Shown in pieces: positions 30,864-43,253 of a stretch of 64,000 bases of DNA. Each line of letters starts with the position of its first letter. The first letter of the stretch is position 1. Location of the stretch: positions 32,001 to 96,000 of the forward strand of contig CM000434.1 of assembly GCA_000165345.1 (NCBI GenBank). Reading direction: 5' to 3'. Both the position numbers and the translations under genes were made by a program. A model generated the notes under the pieces. The model was not told where the DNA came from. It worked only from the letters and a program-made list of their open reading frames with translations, and searched no databases.

Positions 30864-32169
30864 ATGAAAGAGTTAAAATTTATAGATATTGGATCAAATT
30901 TGACAGATTTGATGTTTCAAGGTATTTATAATGACAAGAAACAACATGATTCAGATTTAGAAATGTAAGTATAAGAGTATTTTCAATAAATAGCTTCTTT
31001 TTTAATTAAAAAACAACTTATTCATTTGAAAATTTCTGATATTGGATGAATTACATTATTAATTTTCTTTTTTTTTTCTTTCCTTTCCTTTCTTTTCCTT
31101 TCTCATAGTGTAATTAAAAGAGCAATTAAAGGAGGTTTGGATAAAATTTTAATAACTGCAGGAAGTTATCAAGAAACTGTAGAAGCATTGAAAATTTGTG
31201 AGGAATTGGATCCAAAATGCGAATTATTATTTACTACAGTTGGTGTACATCCAACAAGAACAAAAGTAAGTTGAAATGTATGAATTTCAATAATAAATAA
31301 TTAAAACTTTAACAGGAATTTCTATGTAATGATTGTAATAAAAAGACTGATGAAGAATTGGATATAAATTGTAAGGACTGTAAAGTACATTCTGATGATT
31401 ATTTAAAAAGAATGAAGGATTTGATAAGAATGAATTCATGTAGAATTAAAGCAATAGGTGAATTTGGATTGGATTCTGATAGATTACATTTTTCAAGTAT
31501 GAAAATTCAAGAAAAATACTTTGAAAAACAATTTGAATTGCTTGAGGAATTTTGTTTACCAATGTTTCTTCATATTAGAGGTGACCAAGATTGTTATTCA
31601 AAATTTGTTAGAATAATTAACGAAAAAAAAAGTCTTTGGATTAAAAGAGGTGGAGTAGCACATTCATTTAATGGTAATTTGGAACAACTTAAGATGATTT
31701 TAGAGATGGATCTTGAAATTGGAGTGAATGGTTGTTCTTTAAAAACTCAAGATAACTTAAATATAGTAGAAAATATACCATTGGATAAATTACACATTGA
31801 AACAGGTAATGTTTTTTTATTATTAATTTTAATAACAAAAACAATTAATTTTCTTGATATTTTTATTAATGTTATTATATATATTATTTTTTATTTAAAT
31901 TAATTTGACTTATAATAGATTCACCTTGGTGCGATATTAAACCAACACATTCCAGTTATCATTTGATTGAAACACATTTTCCTCAAGTAAATAAACCCTC
32001 AAAATGGGAAGAAGATAAACTTATTAAAGGAAGAAATGAACCAATAAAAATTATTCAAGTTGCAGAAATTTTATTTAAGATTTACTCCAATAATTCAAAA
32101 TTTTCATTCAATCAATTTATTGATGAAATATACAAAAACACTTTTAAAATGTACTTTAAAGCAATATAG
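30864..32169 (+). CDS. TatD-family Mg-dependent DNase. It has 4 exons: about join(30864..30964, 31109..31265, 31315..31805, 31919..32169), with coordinates good to within 1 nt.
   Basis: Exon 1 encodes MKELKFIDIGSNLTDLMFQGIY. Exon 2 encodes ...GLDKILITAGSYQETVEALKICEELDPKCELLFTTVGVHPTRTK. Exon 3 encodes ...IGEFGLDSDRL...LPMFLHIRG...VAHSFNG.... Exon 4 encodes the motif ETDSPWCDIKPTHS. All introns are GTAAGT/GTAATG...YAG and more than 85% AT. Confidence 0.85.
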
Positions 32170-32404
32170 AGATTTGATTTAATTTAATAATTTTTAAAAT
32201 TCATATATATTCTTTTTTTAATTCTTCATATTTTATTTATTTTTTTCATAAAATTTTATTCTTTGAATAATTTCTCTTTTTTTTCTTTAAATCTTTATGA
32301 ATTATTTTTACTTTAATTTCATTTTTACATTATTATAATCTTATTTGTATTTCAACAAATAATTAAAATTAAAATTCATCAATGCAAAAATTATTTATAT
32401 TTTA

Positions 32405-32473
32405 TCCACATGAAATAATTTTTTATATACCGGTCAAAAATTTACACGTAAAATTGTATTTTTCAATACCGGT
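32405..32473. promoter_or_regulatory. Composite motif TCCACATGAA-N12-ATACCGGT, followed by ACACGTAA and a second ATACCGGT.
   Basis: 32405-32414, 32427-32434 and 32466-32473. It lies about 330-400 bp upstream of the DGAT2-like ATG at 32806. Confidence 0.4.
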
Positions 32474-32805
32474 TATTCGTAATACGAATTATTTTGGGTA
32501 AACAAAGAGGAAAAAAAAAGGAAAAAAGAAAAAAAATAATAAACATTAATTTTATAATTTAGGATAATTTTCAAGCAATATTAGTTTTTGGTGAAGTTTT
32601 GAAAAAAAAACAGATAAATTGAATTTGTTTGTTATTTTATTTGTGGGGAAATTTTTTGTTAATTATTATTATTATTGGTTTTGGTAATTATATTTGTGTG
32701 AAAGTAAACTCTTATGGTTTCGATAAAAATTATTGATTAATAATATAAATAAAGACAAAGAAAAAAAAAGAAAATTTGGCTTATTTTTAAACTATTTGGT
32801 TAATA

Positions 32806-33956
32806 TGGAGAATGCAAAAAATGAAATTTTAATTAAAGAATCTGATTGTAAAATAAAAATAATTGATATTCCAGTTGATTTTCAACAAGGCGGAATAAGA
32901 CCAATTTTAGGATGTATTTCATATACAATACTAATTTTAACATGGGGAATTTCAATATTAATACCTGTTGGACTAGTATATTGGTTTTTTCTTGGTAATT
33001 GGAATATGATAATACTTTTATTAACCATAATTTTAGTACCAATAATTTTTAATTGGCATGATAATGTTCCTGGTGTTATTAAGTATTTAAGTAATTTATT
33101 AACAAAAGATGTTCATCATTGGACTGGTAAGTTAATTAATTTTTATTCTCTATTTTTAATAATTATTTTTATTTTAATTTTAGGCCCTGGTAAAATAATT
33201 ATTGAAGATCCAGATTTTGATGTTAATTCAAAACAATTATTATGCTTACATCCACATGGTATATTGGGAATAGGATCTATGTATATTATTATAAGTGGAA
33301 TTTTTTCAAAGTTACATTTAATTGTTACAGAATCACTAGTATGGTTGCAACCGATTATTAGTGTAATATTAAATTCAACAGTAAAATTAAGAGGAGCCTC
33401 ACATTTTTCATTTAAGCAAACTATGAAAAGAGAAGAGGGACCATTAGTCATGTTTCCTGGAGGGTTTCATGAAACTATACTTTTAAATTGGGGTAAAGAT
33501 GCCGTATTTATTGAAAGAAGATTTGGTTTTATTAAATATTGTTTAAAGTACAATTATTTAATACGTCCAGTTTATGTTTTTGGTGAATGTTTATCTTTTC
33601 ACCAATTCCAACATTTTAAGAGATTTAGATGGATTCTTAATGATTTCAGTTTACCAAGTGTTATATTTTGTGGCGAAACTTGGTGGAATCCTTTATTACC
33701 TCTCAGAAATGTACCTTATTTAATAGTTATTGGAAAACCAATCAATTCTGATATTATTAATAATTCTTACAATTCTAAATTAAACAATAACAATAATCCT
33801 TCTAGAGAAATGGTTAAAAAATACCATTCACTTTATATTCAAAATCTCAAAAGAATTTATACCCAATATTCACCATTCTACCAATCTTTTTTTAATGATC
33901 ATCCTTTACTTGAAAGATATATTCAAAACAAGTCAAAAGAACTTACTATTGAGTAG
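32806..33956 (+). CDS. DGAT2/MGAT-family acyl-CoA:diacylglycerol acyltransferase. A 57-nt intron may lie at 33126-33182.
   Basis: The HPHG catalytic motif (LCLHPHGILGIG) and FPGGFHE (aligns to the DGAT2 GGAAES block) are present, and there are N-terminal TM helices. The segment 33126-33182 looks like an intron (GTAAGT...TTTTAG, 95% AT, length 3n) but also reads through as 19 hydrophobic residues. Confidence 0.8.
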
Positions 33957-34228
33957 TTTACCAACTTAACTCCTTTTTTTTTTTTTTTTTTTCTCCCTTT
34001 CCAAATTGAATACATTCATTACAGAAAATGAAAATAAGTTCATAAAAATAACAAAATATTTATTAAAGAAAAAAAAAAATAACAATAAAAAACAATAAGA
34101 AAAATATTATTACTATTATGAATAATAATAATACCAATAATTCTATCATATATATCTCTAAGAAATCCGATTTCTACAGATAATAATCATCTTTTCTTCT
34201 TTTTTTTTTTTCTCCCTTCTCTCTTCAT

Positions 34229-37200
34229 TCAATAAATATCACCAAAATCTATATTCAATAAACGAGAATGTCTTCCATAGCCATACTCATCTTCAATTCC
34301 TTTCTTCTTTATTGCATTCATTGATATACTGGTAGTCTTTCTGTTCTCATTATTATTATTATTATTATTATTACTTGTAATATTACCACAAGATCTTATT
34401 ATATCTTCATCATTTGGTATCTTTCTTTGAAGAGAAACTATGTGATCACCTAAAGATAAAGCAATACCTTGTGTCCTACTTCTTATGCGAACTGTTCCTG
34501 TTATCATCATTTTTGGCTCCTTTTCTACTCCTTCTCTTTGATTATTACTAACCAATTGTTTTTCTAAACTTATATTAACTAGAGCATCCTCTCCAAAAAT
34601 ACTTCTTGCATACAAATTTGTAGCAAAGAAACTTGACTTCTTATCCATCATTATTAAATGATTTGAATTATCACTCTCATTATTATTATCATTATTATTA
34701 TTACTAGTATTAGTATTACTACTCTTATAAGTACCGATATTTATACCGGTACCATTACCACCAATCATCATCATCATCATACTTTCAATACTACTATAAC
34801 CTACCAATGATAATTTAGTTTCTTTGATCAAATATTTTAAAAATTGTATAAAAGAGTCACAACTTGTATGTATTGGAATTTTATTTTCCCATTCAAATTC
34901 TGACCATAATTGTCTAAATAATGGACAAGGAATATTTGAATTAGTAATGAAATCAATCAAATCTATACTAATTTCATTCAATACCACAATATCATTCAAA
35001 CCTAATAATTGAGATGATGATGATGATACTGCTCCGGATCCTATTCCTCCTCCTAATCCATCATTTTGAGAATTTTTGGTTTGAAATGTAACAAAACCAA
35101 ACAATATTCCAGTCTCAATAGATTTTACTTGTGCAACAGAATAAACATGAATAGTATTTCCAGGATCTAAATGATTAATATTTTGTGGTTTTTCTATTAC
35201 TCTTAAATTTCCATAAGGATATAATTCAATTTGTACGTTTTGAACTGCTTTATAACTTTGATTAGTTACTATCAATTCTAATAATACATCTTGATGTTGT
35301 ACTTGAAGTATTGCTTCTATGTAAATTGGATCACTTAAACCTGTTATTGAATATATTCTTTTAGATGTATTAGATTGATCAATACTTCCTTTTTTTCCAT
35401 TATTCGAATTTTTTATATTTAAAGGATCCATTACCATACTATCATCAAAACATTCAAATTCATCATCATCATCATTAATCTGTGTTATATCCACATTATT
35501 TGAAAATACTTTTTCTCTAAATTGTCTAAAATTAACAACATTATATGGAAATCTTCTTGAGGAATTCTTATTTAAACGTTTATTCTCTTTAAATAACTCT
35601 CTCAACTTCATTCCACCATTAATTCCTCCTCCAAGTTCAATTTCATTCCCTTCAATTCCTTGAAACTTTGGAAATAATTTCCTTCTTAACATGATTGTTC
35701 TTTTACTTAATCTAATCAATTCCAAATCTTTAAGATCTTTTTCATTTCCTAATTCTTCTTCATTCTTTTTCAATTGATCCAAATCATTGTAAATTGATTT
35801 AAGTAAAATATAACAATGACTTAATCTATGAGTTGNATCNTNCNNNANNCCNCCANNNNTNTGNTCATTTAAACAATNNNNTAANNAGCANNCNNTANTN
35901 TNAANANNCTTNTTAAANGTANNTANNNCTAAATNCAANATATTTTCTTCNTNCTTATTTTTTCCTTGTTCATCTTTAATTCCAATATTATTAGAAAAAC
36001 ATAATAATTTTATTAATGAAACTCCAATACTTGCAATTAAAAGTAAATCTTCATCTCTAATAATAATATTTCTCAAGTTATTAGTAGTAGTAACTCCAAT
36101 ATTATAACAATTTCCACCTTCAATACCTGTTGAAGAAGAATTCAATTGGGAATTACTAGTTCCTAATAAATTTGTAGAATTCATATTATTATTAGCACCA
36201 TAATATCCATCAACATTACATTCCAAATCCTGAGTTGCATATGTTCCATCNTCCANNNNNNCNNNTNNNGTCNACTNNNTTTGTCATGNATAAGTATTTC
36301 CTACTCCTACCCCTCCTCTTTTAGCAATCTTATCATTATCAATAAAACTATCATTATTAGAATTATTATTATTATCATTATAATCATAATCATCATCATC
36401 ATTGTAATTATCATTTCCCATTAAACTTTGACTAGCTCTTCTATTTGGATGATTTCTTATTTTAATAGGTAAAGGTTCCAAAGAATTGTAAATTACATTA
36501 ATAATATCAATAATCTTTCTTTTATCATTTCCATATTCACATTCACTTAAAATCCATAAACAAGTTCTTAATGGTCTACTGAATTGTATTAATGATAAAT
36601 GAATTATTAATTGATCAACAATTTCATATTGATATTCTGAATAATTAACAACCATTTCTCTAAGAAATTGAATAATTTCATTAACAATAATAGGATTTGA
36701 ATTGGATAAAAATGTCATCATTGAATTAATCATAGGCTTAAAAGTAATTTTATGGTATTTTCTTGTAATCTCATGTAATGCTTTAATTAATATTAACTGA
36801 TAATTTTGAAATTGTTGAAAATCAGATAATTTCCCTCCTCCATAATTCATTGTTCTTAATCCACCAAAAGCTTCTGCTCCTCCCATTCCAAAACTATTAT
36901 CATCATTATTATTATAGTAATTAAAGTCAATATCTGCAGTAAAATGATAAGTTTGATTAAATTCATGATTACCAAATCCAGCAATATTATGATGATGATG
37001 ATGAACAGAGTTATTATTACTACTTCCATTATCATTAACATTATTATTATTATTATTATTATTACTATTGTTATTACTATTAAACTTATAATTTTGAAGT
37101 GAAATATCTTGTAAATGTTTTAATAGAAATTGAAATATATCCAAACAATTATTTTTAGTTAATAATGATGACAACACAATTTGAATAACTTTAATCTGTA

Positions 37201-38221
37201 AAGAATAACAATTTGAACATAATAATACTCTTAATATATCTTTGACAAAGAATTTCTGTAGAATATATAAAGCTGAAGTAATTCCAGTGATTTTAGAAAT
37301 TTTATTTAATACAATATAACGAACATTATTATCAGAATGAGTTAATAATAAGTTAATATATGCTTGCAAAGCAATCTTTATAGAACTATTTGGTGTAGAA
37401 TTTCCAATCTTAATTAATGTATTAGCTCCTTCAAAAGATACTGCAGAAGATCCTGATTGGGTAATATTAATAATAAGCTGAACAAGATTATTTCTATAAT
37501 TTGGATGATCCTTATAATTCTTTCCTAATAATTCCAATAATACCATTTGAATAACATCTCCCATATAAGTAACATTTTCTTGAATGGATAATATATATCT
37601 TAATGATCTTTCAACATCACAATATGTTAAAACAAGAAAAGCATTTCTTTTTGTTGATATATCTCCTTCTATTAATAATAATTTTTCAACTTCATCAACA
37701 GCATTAGGAATAATATCAACTCCAAATGTTTTGATAATAGAATATATACACATGACAGCATTTCTTCTTACATAAGAATGTCTATGTTGGAGATTCTCTA
37801 AAATAGATTCGATTAATGGTTGAATCAATTTAATGAATCTTAAATTACATAATAGACGTAAAGTTGAACCTCTAATATATTCATTAGGATGTTGTAAATC
37901 ATTTCTTAATGCATTACAAACAAGAATCATTTCTTCTTTAAGTGATCCGTCACTATTACATTTTTCTACAATTTCCCAATAAAGTTGTAAGTACTTTTTT
38001 ACTTTATGATTCGTACTTTGTACTACATATCTTATAACAGTCATTAATAATCGATTATAAGATTCACCATGAGTCATCCATATAATTAATTCTCTTAAAG
38101 CTTTACATTTTTCATTATCACTTGGATCTTCCAATCTTTTTTGTAATTCTGAACTTGATGGTGCATTTGAACCAACAATTGCTGGTACTAATAATGTACA
38201 ATTTTTTTCATACTCGAACAT
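34229..38221 (-). CDS. Coatomer subunit beta (COPB1). The reading frame is interrupted by ambiguous-base stretches at 35836-35950 and 36251-36289.
   Basis: The N-terminal part (36284-38221) aligns to beta-COP: EMILVCNALRNDLQHPNEYIRGSTLRLLCNL...HRHSYVRRNAVMCIYSI. The C-terminal part (34229-36226) ends ...NLYARSIFGEDALVNISLEKQ...GTVRIRSRTQGIALSLGDHIV, as in COPB1. There are large Asn-rich and His-rich insertions (N19, HHHHH). Confidence 0.88.
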
Positions 38222-38323
38222 TATTATATAATATAAATAATATATTATTTCTTGTCCTGATCAACTTCCAATTTAACTTATTAATTTGAATTTACTTTAG
38301 GAATAATTTGATCTAGGCAAGGC

Positions 38324-38371
<48 letters not shown>

Positions 38372-38794
38372 ATTATTATATATTTGATATATTATTCTTT
38401 CTTTTATATATTAATAATAAATTTTAATCTTCAAAAAAGAAAGAAAATTCTCATATATAAATATTTATATTTAAAGAGGATGAAGATTTAAATTAAATTG
38501 ATTCCAATTTAATTCAATAGTTTTTCTTTAATTAAAGAAAAAAAAAAAACTTCACACCCCTCTTTATTAGAATAAATTTGATTACTTTTTTCCTTTCTTA
38601 AAATAATAATTTATATATATTTATTTATTCTTGCATTTTAACTTGAATAATTAATTCTTTATTCTAAATATAATTATTGCTCTTTAGTAATTTTCTTTCT
38701 TATATTTATTATTAAATATTATACACGTAATAAATAAATGATTAAAATCAGGCGGGCCAAGCTGGCGCCTGTGAGGACTGTGGGGGAATATAAA

Positions 38795-39595
38795 TCAACT
38801 CCATTTTTCTTGATTTTTTTTAAAATTCAAATGATTTGATTTAGTTTCAGATATTAATGATTCTATGACATTTTCTTCTTGTACGATTAATGTTTTTTCT
38901 TTTTTTTTATGTTGATTTCTGATTTTCAATTCTTGTTCTTTATTTTTGATACCATTTTCATGTTTTTTTCCTTCATCAGCTTTAATATCTTGATTATAAT
39001 AATCTTTTCTTGAATCAAATTCCAACTCTTCATCATCTCTTTCTTCTTTTTTTTCTTCTTCATCATCGTCATCATCGTCATCATCATCGTCATCATCATC
39101 ATCATCTTCGTCATCTTCAGCTTCATAATCCTCATCATCATCAGAATCATACAATGAATCATCATCTAATGGATTACTGATAGTATTTAGAGAAGTATTC
39201 TTATCAAAAAAAGAGTCATTTGAGATTTGAGAATTAATATTTACTAATTGAGACTCATCTTTTTCTTTAGAATATGAATTTACTGGAATTATTAAATTAT
39301 GATTATTTTTATCATCATTTTCTTCTTCTTCATCCTCTTCTTCATCTTCCTCTTCTTCTTCCTCTTCATCTTCTTCTTCATCGCCTTCTTCATCATAATT
39401 ACCATTAAAACTACTATACAAGTTATTTATTAAATCATCTGAAAATGTTAAAGGAAGTGAATAATCAAAAATAATATGAATATTCTCTGGAAATGATTTA
39501 TTTAAAATAAAAAATTCATTGATTGGATTTCCTGTCAAATTGATCTCCAATTCAAATAAATTATCATTAACTAATTCCAATATAAAATTTCTCAA
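38795..39595 (-). CDS. Acidic protein with N-terminal LRR-like repeats and long D/E tracts (ANP32-like layout).
   Basis: The N-terminus LELVNDNLFELEINLTGNPINEFFILNKSF is followed by EEEDEEEEEEEDEEEDEEEE and a D19 run. It may form one gene with the ORF at 39696-40649. Confidence 0.4.
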   Translation of the reverse strand: MRNFILELVNDNLFELEINLTGNPINEFFILNKSFPENIHIIFDYSLPLTFSDDLINNLYSSFNGNYDEEGDEEEDEEEEEEEDEEEDEEEENDDKNNHNLIIPVNSYSKEKDESQLVNINSQISNDSFFDKNTSLNTISNPLDDDSLYDSDDDEDYEAEDDEDDDDDDDDDDDDDDDEEEKKEERDDEELEFDSRKDYYNQDIKADEGKKHENGIKNKEQELKIRNQHKKKEKTLIVQEENVIESLISETKSNHLNFKKNQEKWS

Positions 39596-39695
39596 TATTA
39601 TTCAAGAAATTGCTCTTAATAAATTATTAGAAAAATCAAAATAAATTTTATAATTGGACAAATTTAATCCATTTTTATTATTCAATATAATATTA

Positions 39696-40649
39696 TTAAG
39701 AAAATTCTTTCATAATTAATAATGCATTTTCATCATTTAAATGGTTACTATGAAATGATAATATTCTTAAATTCATCAAATTTGTTCCCATTTTCTCCAA
39801 ATTCATATATTTTATTATATTATTTAAATAAACCTGATTTCTAATTTTCTTTTTAGTATCATCAAATAATAATAATTGACTTATATTTAATTCACTCAAT
39901 TTTATTTCCATTTTATTTAATATCAAATCAAATATATTCCTTAATTCTATTTGATCTATTACAATATTTACCAAGTTAAAACTTAATAATTTTTCTTTTA
40001 TTAAATTCATATTATTCATTATTTTAGATAATAATGAAAACATAAAACTTTTATTTTCTTCCATATTCTGATTATTATTATTCAAAATTTTTCTTCTTTT
40101 ATTATCAATTCTTAAAGTTTGAGATTTTGATATATTATTATAATAAAATCTACAATCTTTAAAATATAATTCTAAACCATATTTTCCATTTAAAGTAATA
40201 TTATTAAATAACCAATCTAACCAATAATTTATTTCATAATTATTTAATATTATATTACTATTAATGAATTTTATTTTATTAATATTCTTAAAAATTATTC
40301 TTGAAAGATTCTCATTTATATCATTTAATAATAATTCATCCAATTCAATATTTTCATTAATATCTAATATTATCAATTCTTGTATATTATCACAATATTC
40401 AGTAATTGTATATTTATCATAATTTAATCTTAAAAATTGTATTATTTTAAATAAACCAACAATATTTGTTTTTAATTTAGTCATATATTTTGAATCTTTT
40501 TTGATTATTTTCCAAATCTCATCATCATTAATATCTTTTAAATCCATTTCCTCACATATTAATTTCCTTTTAATTCGTATTCTTTCATTTATTGGTAAAT
40601 TCTCCAATATTATTTCTTTTATTAAATATTCTTCTTTATTATTTACCAT
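39696..40649 (-). CDS. Hypothetical Leu/Asn/Ile-rich protein, possibly LRR-like. It may be the upstream part of the acidic protein gene.
   Basis: 317-aa ORF with repeated L-x-x-L-x-L-N-x-I-like periodicity and no clear domain. Confidence 0.35.
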   Translation of the reverse strand: MVNNKEEYLIKEIILENLPINERIRIKRKLICEEMDLKDINDDEIWKIIKKDSKYMTKLKTNIVGLFKIIQFLRLNYDKYTITEYCDNIQELIILDINENIELDELLLNDINENLSRIIFKNINKIKFINSNIILNNYEINYWLDWLFNNITLNGKYGLELYFKDCRFYYNNISKSQTLRIDNKRRKILNNNNQNMEENKSFMFSLLSKIMNNMNLIKEKLLSFNLVNIVIDQIELRNIFDLILNKMEIKLSELNISQLLLFDDTKKKIRNQVYLNNIIKYMNLEKMGTNLMNLRILSFHSNHLNDENALLIMKEFS

Positions 40650-41059
40650 TTAAAGAAAATAATAATTTCTATTAAAATTAATAAGCATTAATGAAAATAA
40701 TAATAATATTAATAATATTTCTTTCTTTCTTACTTTAACAATAATTTCTTAATAATTATTTCTGCATATTATTTGAATTTTAATATTTGAATAAATAATT
40801 TATTTATTGATTAAAATAATAATATAACAATTATTATTACTTAGAAATAATAATTTCTTATTCTTAAACTCTTCAAAATTCAAAATATTTTTTTTTTCCC
40901 AACAATTATTATATTTTGTGTTCTTTCATATATAGTTTCATGTATACCTTAAATAATATATTTTTTTAATAATAAAAATTCCACGTCATTATTCCCTTTA
41001 TATTTATTTTATTTTTATTACTTTTTTTTTTATTAAATATTTTCAATATATTTTAATTA

Positions 41060-42530
41060 CTATAATAAATTTCTTCTAATATAAATATTTTCCGCCTCAT
41101 TAATATTTTCTAATCCAAATTTATAATGATAATTATCAATATTTTGTTCTTTTTTAATAATTTTTGTTGAATTGTTATTAACTTTTGTTCTTGTATTATT
41201 AATATTTTCTGTAATATTCTGAACTAAACCCATTCCATTAAATATAATTTGTTCATTATAATAGTTATTATTATCATACTCAAAATTAGGATTTCCATAA
41301 TAATTATTATAATCATCAACATAATATCCAGCTTGATTATTCTGATTATAATATGATTGTTGTATATTTGTATTGATTTTATAAGAATCACTTTCTGGTA
41401 TTACTACTGATCCTAAACTAAATGGAACATATGGTGGTAAATTAATACCTACTTTTCTTAATGATAATATTTGATAACCATTTGAAGGTGAATATATATC
41501 AATCCTATTTGAACCAAATCTTAATGCACCAAAGAAACCAAGTTGAACAAATCTTGCAGAAGTTGACATTGAATGTTTTTCATCTTTATATGTTTTATCC
41601 ATAAATAATGTTGTACATAATCTTATTGGAGATATTAATGATGCATCATCAAACCAATAAGCTCTTAACCATTTATATATTGTTGACTTTACTGGCCAAT
41701 TAATTGGTTTTGTTATATACATAATATGTACTTTAACTCCATCAGGTCTTAACCAATCACCACTTAAATCATGTTTATCAAATAACCCTAGATATTTTAA
41801 GAAATTAATTGAAAAAAGAAAAGTAAAATAAAATAAAATAAAAAAATGAATAATAAACTTACATGATTGATTAGCCTTTGATAAAGTTGTATCAGCCCAT
41901 CTTGTTCTTAATGTTATTGTTCTTCCATGTTGATCAACAAAACCTTCAGCATTTTCTAATAAAACAGCAGTATTATCATTTGCATCCAAAAATAATCTTG
42001 AAAATAATCCATTAGCAGCTTGAGTTATACCATTAACAGTAAATATTGAACCTGTAATATATTTGGTAGCTAATACTGCATCAGTTCTATCAAACCTAAA
42101 TAAAAACTCTTCATTAGTTAATGGACTTAAAATTGGTTGTACTCTTGATGATTCTTCTCCTGTATATAATTGCCAATTTCCAGATAAATCCCATGTACAA
42201 CCTCTATATGGATTTCCTGATAATGAAATCCCTGTTGCAACATCTACTGCACAATGACATGTTGGCTGTTTTCCAATAATAAAACAATTTGCTCCAGGAC
42301 CACATTTTGCATTTTGACCTTCTTGTTCATTACATGCTAAGATTTAATATATAAAATAAAATCATTAAATTTTTAAGAAAAATTAAAGATTTATTGACTT
42401 ACTTTGATATATTTCTGTTACATACTGTGAATTTATTCTGCTTAATCCTGAAAATAATAAATTTATTAATATAAGATAAATATAAAATTGTGTTTTTGAT
42501 TTTATTAAAATATCAAACATTTCATTATGA
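41060..42530 (-). CDS. Secreted EGF-like-domain protein with a Tyr/Asn-rich C-terminus. It has 3 exons: complement(42413..42530, 41863..42346, 41060..41787).
   Basis: Exon 1 encodes the signal peptide MFDILIKSKTQFYIYLILINLLFSGLS..., donor CAAA|GTAAGT. Exon 2 encodes the EGF-like CNEQEGQNAKCGPGANCFIIGKQPTCHC. The 75-nt intron is GTAAGT...ATCTAG. Exon 3 matches the ORF-track protein LFDKHDLSGDWLRPDG.... The ORF track shows only the last exon. Confidence 0.65.
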
Positions 42531-43253
42531 AGAAATTTGTCCATTTCTTCATATTATATATATGCAATATAAATATAATATATTTAATTATTTATTTAAA
42601 TAGTAGTTTATTTTGATGAAATTTAACTTTTTTCGAAATATAAAATTTATTATATAAATTTGACCATTTTACTATTTTACGATACCTTATTCTTGAATTT
42701 TTATTATTATTTTGAATTTCTTCATTTTTTTTTAATTCTGATTTATTTCTAATTAATTTTTTTGTTTAAACTATTATTATGTTTTTAATTAAATTCAAAA
42801 TAATAATAAAAAAAATTCAAGATCTTTTCTTTACTCCAATTATATTAATTAATTTTTATTCATTATTTAATTTTTTTCTTAAAAATCAATGCAATAAGCC
42901 ATAAACATGCAATGCATTTTTTTTTGTTTAATTTTTACCCTCCCCCCAATTTAACATACCTAATATATTATTCTCTTATATAATAATTTGACCAAAGTTT
43001 TGGCGGGCTGACCATTAATTTTTTTTTTATTAATATTTTTTTTAATGATTTAAAGTTATCCTCACTGAAAAAGACCAAATTTGTGTTTGATTAAAATAAT
43101 TAAATATAGATTCTTCAATAATGGGAATTAAGAAATGATATATTATTATTTCTTGCTCACTTGAATTCTTAATGCATTAAGAATTTAAATTTTGAATAAA
43201 AGCAAAAATAATATAAATTTTAAAGAGAATAAAAAAAGTGAGTGAGATGATAA

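Noticed and set aside
31370-31385. Apparent extra T (gactgtTaaag) that would put an in-frame stop in TatD exon 3
   Set aside because: This conflicts with the supplied ORF track, which reads CKDCKVHS through this point. It is most probably my manual indexing or reading of this line, so I did not call a frameshift. Exon coordinates here are good to within 1 nt.
39596-39695. Possible intron joining the ORFs at 39696-40649 and 38795-39595 into one LRR-acidic gene
   Set aside because: No convincing GT...AG pair in the right phase could be found, so the two are kept as separate low-confidence features.
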